This document shows, piece by piece, positions 38,621-53,300 of a DNA stretch of 64,000 bases (positions within the stretch are counted from its first letter, which is position 1; each line of letters opens with the position of its first letter). This DNA comes from Monocercomonoides exilis PA203 (Eukaryota; Protista; Preaxostyla), in assembly GCA_001643675.2 (NCBI GenBank), contig LSRY02000037.1, forward strand, positions 995,405-1,059,404, in the 5' to 3' direction. The notes beneath the pieces were generated by a model, which was given only the letters and a program-made list of their open reading frames with translations, was not told where the DNA came from and did no database searches. Position numbers and translations under genes: made by a program.

Positions 38621-40689
38621 AAAGAAAAATGACTATTATTGTTCAATTAGTTTCAATAATTTTGTTTTCCTATCATTTTTTCTGTTCTTCTTATAAACTT
38701 TCTCTTTGCAATGTTGTATTTTGCCAATTATGAATTTGCAATTTTTTCTTTTGAAGTTTTATTTATTTATTTTTGGCTAATTTTTATTGAACTTGATCAA
38801 AAAAATTTTTTTGCACTGAAATTATCAAAAAGGTGTGATTTTTGTTCTTATAAATTAAACAAATATATATAACAGAAATTAAAGCTAAATACTTGCAAAA
38901 AATCAATTTAACTTTTTGATCAATACATACCACAATAGAATTTATTTTTCCTATTTTTGATCTTTTTTTTATGATATCAAAAAAAATCACCCATGAGTTT
39001 TCGGTAAATGGGTACTTCACCGGTACATTAGTATTAAAACTGTGTGACGTAATGACCATTGACGTGAAAAATTTCAATTCTGACGGACTCATTCGAAATA
39101 TTCACGTCACTAATATTTTTTTTAAAAAATTATTCGCTGAAACTCAAAAAAATCTAATAATTTATTTTGATTAATTATGATAAATTATTATTTATTAAAA
39201 GAGAATTAAAAAACATTTTTTTCTCGCTTTGCATCAAAAAAATTTTACAATGGGATTTTGACGAATTGGCAAAAAAGGAATTTAAGATCGTCAGTGAAGG
39301 TCATGACCATCAGGGCAAGTCAACATTTCAATGTCGATTAAAAAATTGAAATAAATGCTAATTGGTGAAAAAGTTACATTTTGCAATGTTTAAGATGAAT
39401 AGGAATGGAGTGATGAAGAATTTTTGCTCTTTTTTCAAGTTTCAATGGTGGAAATCAAAGTTAAAAACGAGCAACGAAGAACACACATAGAAAATTTGAC
39501 CGCAAATGAAAAAACAATTATTTAACCAGAACGATATTTCATCGGGAAATGGTTTGTTTGCTACGTATGAATAAATTTTTTGAACAATATTTTATTTCCA
39601 AGCATGCAAAATTCGCTTTTATGTTTGCAGATAGTTATGCAAAATTTCGCTCATCATTGTTTGTCAATATCTCTTTGTTTCATTTCCAAATGTATTGAAG
39701 GTTCTGCTTTGACAAATTCCTCTACAAAATAATATTGCTTTAAATATTTTTTTTTTATCATTCATCTTTCTTTCCCGACAACGTTAGAGAGAATTTTTTA
39801 ATTTCTTCGATCGACTTGAAGCGCCTGTCTTCCTTATCTTCATCACTTGATTATTGAGCGCAATTTTTACAAAAACGCCTGCTGAACATCACGACTGAAG
39901 TATTTTTCTTCGAAAACGAGTGATAGAAAAAAGTTTTTTGGATATCATAAACATGAAACAAATTGTGTCGAGAATGAGGATTGCGAAATGGAAGAATTTT
40001 TCGTTGCTGGAAGAATTGAAGGATATTCAGAAAAATTCCATTTAGCATTTTCATCGAATGAAGATAATCCCTAGATACTTTCATCACTTTACAGAATATG
40101 TTTTTTCTCTCTTTGAGCAACGGAAGATGAGGTCCGAATCATTATTGGAATGAGTGAAATATTTTGTGATTAAAGATTCTTCTTGAATGTTAAAATCTTG
40201 GATTTATTGTTGACAAAAACTATTTCTTGTTGTTGTCGTTCACACGACGAAAATTTTCATTTTTTCTATATTTCACATCAAATCCGAGTAATAAACAAAA
40301 GATATTTTGAAGCACGTTGATTTTTATTGCTTTTAAAAAAATACTTTGCAATTCATCTCCAAAAAATTTTTAAAAATCAATGTCTTATATTTCGTTACTT
40401 TTATAAATCTGTAAATCATAGAAACCTTGCGAAATGAAACAGTTATACGGTTTATTCATTCATCTTCTTTTGTATCTTTTCTCCTAATTCTAATTCTTTT
40501 CTTGTTTCTTTGTAAATATCTTTTGTATTATTCTTTTTCTCGTCATCCCCGCAGAATGTCCCTCTCTTTTATCCGCTTGAAATAGGTCTCGTTTGTGTTT
40601 TCCTTTCATGTTCATCAACTTTATCCAATAGCTGATGTTTAACTTTTCTCTCTTTCTAATTCTTCGATTCTTCTTTGCTCATATCACAT

Positions 40690-42330
40690 ACAGTGAATTT
40701 GGTGTTGCTCACTGAAAAGGAGTTGGCAGAGGCAGATGAGGCGAATGAGATGCACCCGCCATTGGTGGCAGTCTGTTGGTTTTGTGGAGCTGAGTTGATG
40801 TTGGTAATGGTGCAGTTGGCGAGGGAGAGGGAGAGGGCAGGGGAGGTGGCAGAGGAGAGGACACAGCTGGTGGGGGTGGATGTGGAGGTGATGTCGGTGA
40901 TGCTGGAGGAGTTGAGGGTGAGGGGAGTGGTGAGGGAGGTGGGGTGGAAGATGCTTTGGCTGTTGAGGGTGAGACTGGTGATTGCTGTGTGGTTGAGGGA
41001 GAGTGAGCCAGCAGTGAGGAAGAAGAGGGGAGTTTTTATTGTTATGGAGGTTGTTCCGGTGATGGTGGTTGTGTTGAGTTTGAGGGAAGGGGAGTTACCG
41101 GAGAGGTGGAAGAGGATGGGGGTGATGGTGTTTGTGGAGTTGTGAGTGATGGCGAGGGCAGAGACTGTGAGGGAGCCCTGGGTCTGTTGAAAGAAGGCAG
41201 ACGAGGCAGAAGAAGAATATGATGAAAATTGAGGAATTCCGCTGGAGACGATGGTTTATGCATCTGTTCCCTTTCCTGTGATTTTTGCGTTGGATGCACT
41301 TAATGTGAGTGCTTAAGTGGGGGCGAAGAAGGAACTGAGGAGGGTGAGAGATGCGTCTTGTGAATCTGTCATGAGAACAAGAGCATATTCCATTGTTTCG
41401 CATGGATTAAGTTGTGTAATTCCACTGAGATCAGTATTTGTTCCATTATTTGATACGATTTTGAATGTTGTAATGAGAGGGAGCCATCTGTTGAACACGG
41501 CGTTATCAGCAGTTCCTGCGTTCCACACTCTTTTTGATTCAGTTGTTGATCCACACTGATTGAAAGGAGATTGTGTGATGGAATTGCCACTGAAGAACAC
41601 GTCATTCCCCCTTCCATTTTTGGCAGTGTATCCATCGAAGAAACAGAATGCGATGAATTTTATGCAACTGATCCAGGAAAAAGTTGAATAGAAGAAAATG
41701 GCTGCACATCCAAATGAGGAAGAAGCAGTTAGATTGTTATTGATGAACTGACAATCATTAACCAAAAATTGATTTGGTTTATTTTGTGGAGGACGATTAA
41801 ATGTGAGAGAACCAGCAGAATCTCCACCAGAATTTGCAATACATTTGCATTTGGTAAACAAGAATTTTCCATTTGAGGGGAAATCACCGATCCAGAAATA
41901 CCAACCGGTTCCACACCAATCTGTTATTGAGCAACTTTCCACTCTGTTTTCTGAGAATGTTCAAACAGAATTAGGTTGATTGCTATATAAATAAGCAGCT
42001 CCTGCATGATTGGCTGAACAACTTGTGAAATTGGATTTTGCGATGTTGATATTCAACAAACCATTGCAATATAACGCTCCGGCATAACTGCTTGCTGAAC
42101 ATTTGTTGAATGAACAAGAAGTGATTGCGAGATTTGCGTTTGTGCAGTTGACATAAAGTGCACCTCCATGACTACCTCCGCTATTTGAATTTTCCCATTC
42201 GCACCATTCAAATTTTTGGCTGTTAACATCAAAAGAAGCTAATCTTCCAGGAGATTTTCTTTGAAATTCAGTTCCAATACGTATAACAATCACATTTGCA
42301 GAAGTGCAAGTTTGGGGGAAGACGTCTGTC
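40690..42330 (-). pseudogene. Frameshifted beta-helix-like surface protein gene
   Basis: GGALYV/AGALYC/AGAAYL repeats with CSFNKCS spacing (41961-42431), continued in other frames (41313-41942 and below). Confidence 0.65.
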
Positions 42331-44022
42331 GTGTGAAAAAAGAGGAAGAAACTATTGAAATGAAGAATGCTATGAAAAAGGTGTAGGAGAAGATGGAAAA
42401 AAAGATATCTATGGTTAAATATATATTGCAAATTCGAATCTTTTTGAAAAATACATCAAAATATTCAATTATCAGAGGAATACTGTGATTGCTTCAAATC
42501 TTTAATCTGATTTAAAAATATTAGTGTAATGTGAATCAGAAATATCATATAAAGCCTAATTTTGATAAAAAGAATTTCAAAAAGAAGAAACAAACCACAT
42601 TCATAAATTCATTCTGGAAAGCTAAATAGAACCTATGCGCTTAAACATGAAAAAGCATGCGTACACAAAATGAAGTTCATTGATCAATATATTCCTGATG
42701 TTTCTTGTTTCAGCATAATTCATTCATTTTAAATATTTCAAATCAAATTAAGGGAAAAGTCTCGAAAGTTCAATTTTTGAAACAGTTTAATTTATATATA
42801 TTTTTATTTGAAAAAGAACAATAGCGAAATTTAAATTTAAAAGAGAATATTGTATTCAATATATATATATATAATCTTCTGAGGTAATAAATATTTAGTG
42901 ACAAACGTGAAGACAAAATCTTCATCATGTCACACAGGTTTAATCAGTATTTGCTTTATTTTATGATAAAAGTGATTGTCGTTGTTTGAAATATATTTGC
43001 ATATAATATTAAAGCGCGGAAATTATTCTGAGTTGAAAAAGTATTTTTCGAAAATATTTTTCAAAAATGTTTTTGTGGGATGAGATATTTTTCGATCACG
43101 AAATAATTGTAATATTGACATTGATTTCTTTAAAATTATCATCTTCAATAAAAGATTGCAAATAGAAAGAGAACAGAATCTTTTTGTCAGTGTCATCATC
43201 TTGATTTTATATGAGTTTCTGCACCTCAAGATCACTTTTTTTTGATTTATTTTTATTTTTTGACAACTTAAACACTTAATATTTTTTCCAATTAGAAATT
43301 TATTCTTTTTGCCTTCACCGTAAAATAAAAAATTTTTGATAATATCCTTTAGCAAATGATATCTTATTATGTGGAATGTTCAAATTTTGTTAAGCTCATA
43401 AAAACATTTTTCGGTTTAATCACAAAAATTATTCTCATTCATTTAATTTTCCCATTTCATCTCTCAGTGAAGTTAATAACAAATTCTAAGCCATTTTTTC
43501 TTCATTAAATGCAAGAATCATCATTAAATACACTTTTCTTTTGAGATGAGATATGTTTCAGTCAAGAAAATTTAAAAATTTTCTAAAAAAATGCGAAAAT
43601 TTTTTTGATCAGAAATTTTATCAAGATAGTTATTAAAAATGTTTCCACACAAAATAAATAACTTTTAATAGCAAATATGACAATGACATTGGAAAATAAA
43701 TCAATTTTTTCGATTTTCGAATGTCCCAATTCCATGCGCTTTTTCCGTTCAATCCAATCTTTCAGAAACATTCTGCCAGCTTTTTCTGCATCTTGCTTTA
43801 ATTTTTTTTCATTCAAAATAAACACAGCCAATGTTGCACCATATGTTTTGCAATTTTTAACTAAGTTCAAATCACAAGCAATTTCCCTTATCAATTCACT
43901 TTTTGCAAGCAACCAATTTTAACAGCCACTCGCTCCTCCATCTGAAAACATTATCATTGTTCTCATGCAGTTCAGCAACTCGCATGGATGCTTCCGTAGT
44001 CGTGTTCAATAATTGCACAAAC

Positions 44023-45409
44023 GGAAATAATCGACAAAATCGACACCCTAAAAAATCGAAAAGTCAGTAAAATTTATGCATCAAATGAAATCTATTATTA
44101 ATATGAACAATGTCACAACGTGAAAATCAAGGATCTGTTTCAATTTTTATTATCTAAAATTAACAGAAAATTTTTTAATAAAAGGGATAATGATTATTAA
44201 AAACAATTGTTAAAAAGGAGGAAAAGAAGGAGATCTCATCTTATTTTTCACTGTTTCATAACGAGGAAATATGCTTGGATTGGTTTAGGTTACAAAATTT
44301 GTCGGACAAAAAGAAGGAGTGTGAGAAGTGCGGATTAATAATGTATTTTACTAAGGATTCTGTTCAAGACAGAATTTTTAGGTGTCTGAATTGCAAATCA
44401 ATAAAAACAGTGTTCGTTGATACGCAAAAGAAAAATTGCAGATTGGGAATTATCAAAATTATTTTTTTTTAGCTGTTCTTCATATTTATTCGATTTAAAA
44501 ATAAGCATATTTGTGTGTTGCTTAATGTCAATAAATACACAGTTTTATATTACATGGATTTATCACAACAAGAACAAGTTCCAAACATGTGACAAAATTT
44601 TGAACAGCTGGGAAAAGATGGACAGATCGTCGAAATCAATGAAATGCTGCTCAGACGAAGAAAATATCACCGTGGAAAAAGAAAAAAGCAAATTTGGTTT
44701 TTTGGCAAAATAGAAAGAAAAACTGGAGGAGGTCAAGGAGATTTCATCATCATAAGAGTTAAGAATAGAAAAAAAGAACAATTATAACCATTAATAACGA
44801 CAAACATAATGCCAGGTTCTTCAATTCACTCCGTCGAATGTAAGGCTTATGCATCATTGAAATCATTGGGATTATATCTTCACGCTGTATATCATAAATA
44901 CAGACACAAAACTGAAAATCGTTTGTGCACAAATTCTATTGAAGCTGTTTGGAGTGAATTTCGGAAATATCTCCCTTCGCGTGGAAATCAATAAAGATAT
45001 ATAGACGATATAATAGCATAATTTATTTCGACAAAAAGAAAATCTATGAAATTTTCTGAATTTGCGAAGGGCATGCTTTTTTATAAAGAAGTGGAAAACA
45101 AAAAAATGGGAACTCCGATCGAATTTCGTGACCTATAATCTAAAGAATCTGACGGAGATGATGATTCTTCTTTGACAGAAACAGAAGAAATATCATATGA
45201 CAGATCTTCTGATAGCAATCATATTGATGTGATAAACAAGAGGAGCAGACCCTGAATAGTTTTTTACTTAACTCCTTTTCCCACTTCAAACCCTAATTTC
45301 AAAATTCAAATGCCTTGAAACACATTTATTATTACTTATTTGTTGCTTCTGTCAAAAAGAAATCCAAAGTTTTGATTATTTGAGGGTGTCGATCTAATCT
45401 ACTAATGCC
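44023..45409 (+). mobile_element. Merlin (IS1595-like) DNA transposon, 1387 bp, decayed
   Basis: 8-bp TSD GCACAAAC at 44015-44022 and 45410-45417; GG..CC ends; TIR core ATCGACACCCT. Confidence 0.92.
44275..45255 (+). pseudogene. Merlin transposase pseudogene
   Basis: CEKC..CLNC zinc finger; GQIVEINE..RKYHRG..WFFGKIER; PGSSIHSVE.KAY; TNSIEAVWSEF. Frameshifts present; two expected catalytic Asp read N and V. Confidence 0.88.
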
Positions 45410-45699
45410 GCACAAACATGCTCTTGATGCAGTAAATAATTAATTAAAAATACTCACTAAGAAAATTTTTGGTTCTCCTCCCTTATTTATTTCCACAATA
45501 ATGAAATTTTTAAATTCAAAGATTTTCTTGCTTACAGGAAAAAATCACAAATAACAAAAGAGGTCTCAAATTTTGTTTTGTCCAAAAAAATTGATTTAGT
45601 ATTTTCAATTCTATTGATTTGAATATTCCTTGAATTGTTCGATAATAAATTAATTTTTATTTTGGATTTATTTTGAGGATTTACGATCATTTGCAAAAA

Positions 45700-47126
45700 G
45701 ACAAATATTTTTGGGTTTGCCAGGATTTATAAGAAATAAAAAGTTGAATGAACATATGTATATTTTTTTCTCTTTTGATTTTTCTTTCTTTTTTTTTTTA
45801 GCGAAATTTTCACAGTTGGAACAATTCACTGAAGACGAACAAATGCAGAAAATCAAGGAAACGAATGAAATGATTAATGAAATGAATGAAGAAGAATTCA
45901 AATCAGTTTTAACAGAAGAACTGTTCGACAAAATTCACCAAATGATTGAAGAAAAGAAAATATTTTTGGAAAATGCATATTTGCTACTGAAGAGGATTGG
46001 ATATCATAAATTATTGAATAGATTTTGGACAGGAAGTTTTGATGAATCATTATTGTGGATAATGGTTCAAAACATGATTGCTGAAGAAGCAAAGAGAAAA
46101 GAAGGAAAGAACGAAACACTTTTAACTGATCTTTGTGAATGCTATATTTCTTTAAATCGTTTCTTCTCGTCTGAAATATTTTCAATTTGTGTGCCCTGTC
46201 TTCTGAAAGCTGCTTCAAGCAGAAAGGAAGACGAGGAGGCCAAAAAAGAAGTGGAAATTGCATTGATGGCTTTGAGTTGCGATAGCATTAATGTGTGAGT
46301 CTTTCAATTTTTAGTTAAATACGTGTTATTTTTTCCCTCTGATTTTTTATAAGAGATTGAATTAAGAACAGTATTTGAATGAAACCAAAGAGATTATCCT
46401 GTATCATCAAGAGCATCACAATCTGAGCAGATTGGCCTATCAGTGTGCTTGGCGGTTTTTATTTTTTCAATTTATCTTTTAAAGCAGCTTGGAAGAAGAG
46501 GTTGTTGAAGAGCTGCACTTTACGAGAGAGGCAATCAGAGAACTGGAAGATCTAATGAAATGTGTGGACTGGAAGAGAAACTTTGAGGGAAAAGGAGAAA
46601 AAGAATCGAAAGAAGTGAATGTTATCTGGAGATGGTTGAATGAAATAGGATATTTCTTATTCTGGAGCAAATTGATAAATGAAGAATTTGGGAGGCTTAT
46701 TGGCAGTGTTGCGAGTGTATTTCGAGCAGCAAAGGACAATCGCAGATGTTGAAGCGAGAAATGCGTTTGTTTATTAAAATCAATTGCTTTTTGCAGATTT
46801 GTAAAAGCTGAAGACTTGCTGAAAGGCGGAGCAGTTGGTGCTGTTTAAGAGATGATTCAGTGACAGACGTTGAATGACAAGATGACAAATGAATACATGG
46901 AATTCTTTAAATTGATTTCGATTCGATTGAAAGAAAAGGAGGAAGATGATGAATTGGAAGAAGAAGAAAGAAAAGAAAAAAATTGAAAAGGCGAGTGATT
47001 GAAAAGATGGAAGAAGAAGGATACGAAGATATCATTGTCAGTTTTTATGAAACATTTTATTTTTTCAACGAAAAAAATTATTGTGAATTATCGTTGGATA
47101 TTTCTAATTATTTTGTGAATATTTAA
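45700..47126 (+). pseudogene. Third member of the helical protein family, disrupted
   Basis: LLTDLCECY, EVEIALMAL, YHQEHHNLSRLAYQ, MEEEGYED; frameshifts and stops after 46450. Confidence 0.8.
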
Positions 47127-49021
47127 CCAAATTCTTTTCATTTCATTTTGTTGCTCAAAATTTCCATTTTTATCTTTTCAATTATTTTCAACATGTATCA
47201 TCATTGAACGAACTGTTGATCTCAATCTTCTTCAAGAAGATTCATTTTTCATTGCCATTCAACTGTGCAGTTATTTCCTCTTGCATATTCTCTTATTCTC
47301 CAAATAACTCTTGTTCTCCTCCAACCTCTGTAGATTTAATCAGCACAAATTGAGAAGAAGAACATGATAACGAATGAATGAAATGATAATTCTTGAAAAA
47401 AATGCAAGAGCAAGAAGAATTAACGTTTGATAAATAATCAGGCGATAAACTTAATGTGTACCATACACGACAATAAACATGGAAGAAAAAGAAGCTTATC
47501 CAATGCTCCAATTCCGAATTGGTATAACTGGTGAAGTCAACCATGATCAATTGCTTTTGCATTCTTCTCATTTTTGTCCAGTTTTTCACATCTCTTTTTC
47601 CTTTTTCTTTCATCATTCTGCTTTCATCTGCTTTTTCTTATTGATGGAGACGAAGAAGATATATCACTCACAATTTTTTCTCACAAAATCATCCAAAAGT
47701 ACTTCTTTAATTGTAATTCCTCTTCAGCTGCTTTGTCATCACATAAATAAATCTTTCTTTATTCATCATTCATTTTTCATCCTTATTCTGTTTCCTTGAC
47801 TGATCTCCGTTAATCTCTGGTTTTTATTGTTCCTTTCCTTTCTTTCTTCTTTTCTTCTTCATTTTTCTTCAATTTATGAAATGTTCCAAAAATCCACTCT
47901 TTCAAAGCTTCGTCTTTATAAATCTCCGATGGATAAGAAATTAATTCATTACAATATAAAACCTTTCATTTTGGCTTGCTGAGAATGAACTGAAAAGACG
48001 AATCGAATGAACCCATAACATTGATGCAAATGATAGATGTATTCAATGGAAAAGTCTTTCTTTTCAATTACCCTTTCATTCCAAAATATTTTCGCTTTTA
48101 TTGATACGTAAAATACTGATGAGGAAGATAAAGGAGAAGGAGGAGAAGGAGAAGATGTTAGAGCACAGACAAAACACGAGGCATGAGAGGAAGAGAAGTG
48201 TCATGTGCTCTTTGAGAAGCAGTTGATTCACTGTTAATGTTCTTATTTGGACATCAAAAATAAATAAATAAATAAATTCCCTTCTTCTGCAAAATTGGCT
48301 TCTCTATTGTATGCAGAGAAGAGTGTCTCATACGAGACAAAAAGTTACATCCTCCTCCTCCTTTTCCTTCAGTTGAGTGTCGTTAGCTGACAGCAGCTGC
48401 AACTGAAGAGCATTCCAAAAAGAAGAGGATGATATCCATTCAGAGTGCGAGGAGCATGTTGCGAGAGATGGAAGAAGGAAGGAAGATGAATGCAGTGATG
48501 GATGGCGAGTTCTTCTTCAGCTATTGAATAATTATGTTTCTGTGTATTTTTGTGTGTTCTGTGCTTGTTTTGAAGATTGAGACGATGAAATAAAATGAAG
48601 GAAAACAAAGAAGAAGTCATTCCGAAATATGTTCGAATGAAAAGTTCTGTATGTTTGAAGAAGGGATTCAGCAGCTGTCTGGTATGATGTTATTACAGTC
48701 ATAAAGATTAATTTCATAAAAAATAATTCTGCAAATCGAACAAAAAAAATTTTTTTTATGATTCTTCTTTCTCACTTCTCTCCTTTTTGCTTGTCTCGTT
48801 CTCTTCACAAAGAAGACGTTTCAGGTCTTTTCCAAAAGATCAATGCATCGCTTGTTCCGTCTTCCTCGTCTGCAGTTGCTTATCCTCTTTTACATGTTCA
48901 GTTGCCTCCAATAATATTTGTTAGCCAATGCCATCAGCTTTATCCTTCTCTTTATCTTTCTTTTTCTTTCTCCGATCCTCTCCTCTGTCTTCTTCTTATT
49001 CATATTCTTCTTCCAGTGCTT

Positions 49022-49640
49022 TTAAAACATCATAAAGCTCTTCTTCGCAATGCCGCTGTCTCTGTTCCACAAAACAACGTATCCATCAGTCAACGTTGTT
49101 GTGAGAAGAGGTGAAGAATGACATGAGTCGATTTTGATATCTCCCTTATTCATGCTATTGATGATTGGTGTGAACAATATGTGCTTTGTGACTCTGGGTT
49201 GTTGAGTGTTCATTCAACAACAACTGAGACTCCTGGGCAGATGGAAAAGAATGAAAAGTGACAGGTGGTGAATAGCCCGCTGCATTCTAACCATTCCGAA
49301 AGGAGAAGGAGCTCTTCTGCTCTTTCTCTTTTGACTTGCTCATCAAGCGCTGAATGAACTGCCTCCGTGCTCTCTCTGCCTCCTCATCCAAGTTCATCCA
49401 CACCTACGTCGAACCAAAAATGATATCTGAAATATTCCAAACTCTTCCACCTTGTAGATTAATGGGATGATTGGCAACTCAGCATGCGACTTAAGTGGCA
49501 GCTGAGGTTCTTTTGGGCAGAACACTTTGCGCTGCCAGCGATGATGAATGCAATACATATATTCGACAAGATGATCACTTTCGTCATATCCTCCACATCT
49601 GATGCTTTGTGTGTGGAAGGTGAGATGTGTTTCCATCATC
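49022..49640 (-). pseudogene. Possible WD40-repeat fragments
   Basis: LTFHTQSIRC and LLTTTLTDGYVVLWN in short broken ORFs. Confidence 0.3.
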
Positions 49641-50381
49641 AGCCCCTGTTTTGTTGTTGGCGATAAAGACTGTTCAAGAGAATGTTCAGATCATCGGGCT
49701 TTCTTCATTCTGATCCAAACCAGCACTGAGCGGAGAGCAAAAGTGAGTGAGAGAGAGCAAAAGAAAATGTCATCTGCTATTTAGTCTCACGTGCCTTTCA
49801 TTTGCCATGCAGCTGGTGTCGATCGAGCTGGGCTGGTGAAAGAAGGGTTTGCAGATAATGGAGAGATGAAGTGTGTTCAGCAGTCCTGCGCACAACTGTT
49901 TGAGAGGTCAATGACACATCATAATAACAGACAATATCTATCCATCACGAAGTTGAAGTCTTTTCCTCTTCTTTCTTCGTCCTCTTCCTTCTCGCTCCAC
50001 ACAAACAGTGTCAATGGAAGATCCATCGCCTCTCACGTCACACTCCTCCAGTTCATCCACTGCTTCTCTCTCGTTTTTTCTCCCTCTCTATCATCCTAAT
50101 CCAAGCTTTCTCTTCCATTTCCCTTTCTTCTCCAAAAAAAAAAATAAATAATGTGATTTTCCGTCTTTTTTGATCATTTTTTCTGAATTTGGAATCTATC
50201 AAATAAGACAAGAGAAAACGTTGGAAAGAGCTGAGCATTTAATGTTGGAGATTGGAGGATGAAGAAGAAGCGGAGGAGAAAAATAAAGAAGAAGAGGAAG
50301 ATGATGGAGTAATTAATTAATAATGAATTCAGTTTTCAGAAGCTGAAAAATAAATACAATTATCACTGTTATTATCATCAA

Positions 50382-53300
50382 AAGAAGCATATGAAGTGAC
50401 AGAAGCAAAAGAAGCACGACGAGAGAAAGGAGAATAAGTTGAAAATTACAGAAACCACAATGACTTCATTGTGAATTTGAAATATCAGATCCTTCCTGGT
50501 GGAGAACGAAATTTGTGCGAATGGCTGTAAAATGAAGGTTATGGAGAGAGGGGAAAGAAGAAATATTGGAAAGAAGAAAGATAGTGAATAACAAAATAGA
50601 CTGTTATTCTTCTTTTTCTCTTCATTTGACGATGCAAATTTCTCATTCTTTTTCTTCATCTCTGGATTCTTCAATTTCTCTTTCTGATTTCCTCAAAATG
50701 AAATTTTACTGTGAATCTCATTGTTTTCGCAGCTTCTTTTGTTTTCTGCTCAAATGAGTTATTTTTCCTTTTGTGACAATCATTGCAATGCACAAAATCA
50801 AAAACAATAATGAACACTTATCAACAGCAATGACAACTCCACCAAACATCTTCTCATGTTCATCTGTCTTTACAATATAAATAATAATCTTTTTAACATA
50901 TTTAGCATCTTTTCTTCAACAATTTCCTTCAATTGCAAACATGTTCGTAAAATATAAAATGTTAAATATAATGGAAAGCGTTTTTCCGTTTAATTTTTTT
51001 CCTTCTAGTGATTTGATCATTATTTTTTCAAGAAAAACAAAAGACAAAAATTTGAAGCAAAAAAGGGTTGTGCAATTTTATTAACAATAAAGTTTCAGAA
51101 TAAACAATCAATTGAATCTTTCTTTAAATAAATTGTTGCTTGACTTCAAATCACACACAAAAAATTTGTTTCATAGAGGCAAACAATTTATATTTCATTC
51201 AAAGCTTTTGATGTTTTATTTTGTTTGAAATTCTTTTTATCTTATTTTCTTTTTGAATTTTCGTTTTATACAAATATTGATCAAAATAAAAATTGAAAAA
51301 AGCGTTATTTGAAGATGTTCTGGGGATTAATACTTTTCCAAATTGTGATATCGGCTTATTCTCAAAACGAACCATCACAGCAAGTTACAACAGTGTTCGT
51401 TAAGCAAAGCGGGGACAATGATAACGATGGATTGGATATTGGTCGGGAAAAACAATCTTTAAGTTTTGCGCATAGACTTCTGAGCAATGACACAGAATGC
51501 TACATAAAAGTTGTTGAAGATACAGATCCATTAACTGCGGTCTCAGTTACATTTAGAAGCAAGCAAAAAGTTACTGTTGAAGGAATAAATAGAGATGGAA
51601 GTGGGAACACTGAAGTCGAAATAGACTGTGAAGTGCATCTAGGTTTTGATCTATTTAATTGCCGTTGTCCTGTGGAATTTAAATGCTTGGCATTCCACAT
51701 TCCAATAACATTGGACAAAGAAGTAGATCCAGTTAAATATTCGTTGGCTGTTATAAACGCACAACGTACAAGCTTGACAATAAGCAAATGCAAATTTATT
51801 CGTCCAGCAGATGGAAGCGTGGTTGATTGTAGACTTGTTAGCCAATATGGAGGATCATTGACGATAGACTCGGTTGAATGCACAGATGAAGAAAATACAT
51901 TTACAACGAAGAGAGAATTGTTTTCGATTAGTGAATGTGAAACAGTGATATTGTCTTATTTGACTTTGAAGAAAATTGATTTAATTGGTGAATCAAATGG
52001 TACAAAACATGCAGAAGCAATTGTCGAAATAAGTGGTTTAAGCGGAGATACAAAAATCGATCTTAAATTGAATGGGAGCACATTTTCGGAGATAAGCAGC
52101 CTTGGCATGGCTTTGGCTTTCATAACTGGTAATGAAGAAAGCACATTTGCTGTTGGAGATGGAGGTGTCACAACTTTTTCATCATTTCATACTGATTTTG
52201 AATATGGCTCTGCATTATATCTGCGAATGAAAGCTATTACATCAGCAAGTCAGATTAAATGGCCAGAAAATGGAAAGAATCTGATATTTGACAAATGCAC
52301 AGTCGGAGAAGGTCAATCAAAAAAAAATACTGGACTGTTATTGTACATGGTAAATGACTCATTATTCAAAGATGTAGCAGCAGAAATGAAGAAGAGTTTC
52401 GCAGCAGATTATACTCGGAATGATAACTTGTGGAATATTGCAGCATTTATTGATAGACCAGAAAAATTTTACGATTTTGTGCTGCTTTATTTGGATCAAT
52501 CTGGAAAATTATTTGTCAAGAACGAAGGGAAAGGAGATGGATTGACAAGTTCTTCACCATCGAGCTCATTGAAAGTTGCATTCAGTAAACTAAATGGCAT
52601 TCCATGTTCAGAGGGATACTTCATCGAGATTGTAAAAGACGAAAGCCAGTTTACAGCAGAAGAAATGACAATTAGCAACGAAAAGGGAATAACCATTGAA
52701 GGAGTGAACAGTGATGGAAATGGAAATGCAGAAGTGGCTATTGATTGTGCTGTTGGTGCATCATCTGATTTATTTACATGCGAACAAAAGGTGGAATTCA
52801 AGTCTTTGGCATTCAACTTTCCCACTTCTGAAAAAAAATGGAATTCTTTGATTCATGGAAATGAAAAGTCAGCATCACTCACCATCAGCAATTGCAAATT
52901 TGTCAGAATTGGAGCCCAATCGCCAGAGAAAATGGCGATAAATGCAGATGGGGGTGATGTTGTTGTTGGCAGTCTTGTGAGTGTTGTTGGAGGGAAAGTT
53001 GCAATGGACACAGTTTCATGCACAGATAGCAGCAGCACAGTTTCGTTTTCTTCATCGCCATTTTCTTTCAGCAGTGTGAGTTCGGCTTCGTTGAATGGAG
53101 TGGAGATCAGCAATGTGAATGTTCAAAATGGAGCAGCGATTGCGATTAAGAACGAAGGCAGCACGCCTTCAGAAGTTAGCATTGAAGGGCTGAGCATGAA
53201 TGGAGTGAATTCAGAAAATGGAAAAGTGGCTGGGTTGGAGATTTCTTTGGCTTCGAAAGAGTCGACAGTTGCGATTGGAAGAAACAGCAAATGCACATTC

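Noticed and set aside
49560-49640. FHTQSIRCG as a YR HxxR relic
   Set aside because: Fits a WD40 GH-type motif better, and a DG.V.LWN fragment lies nearby.
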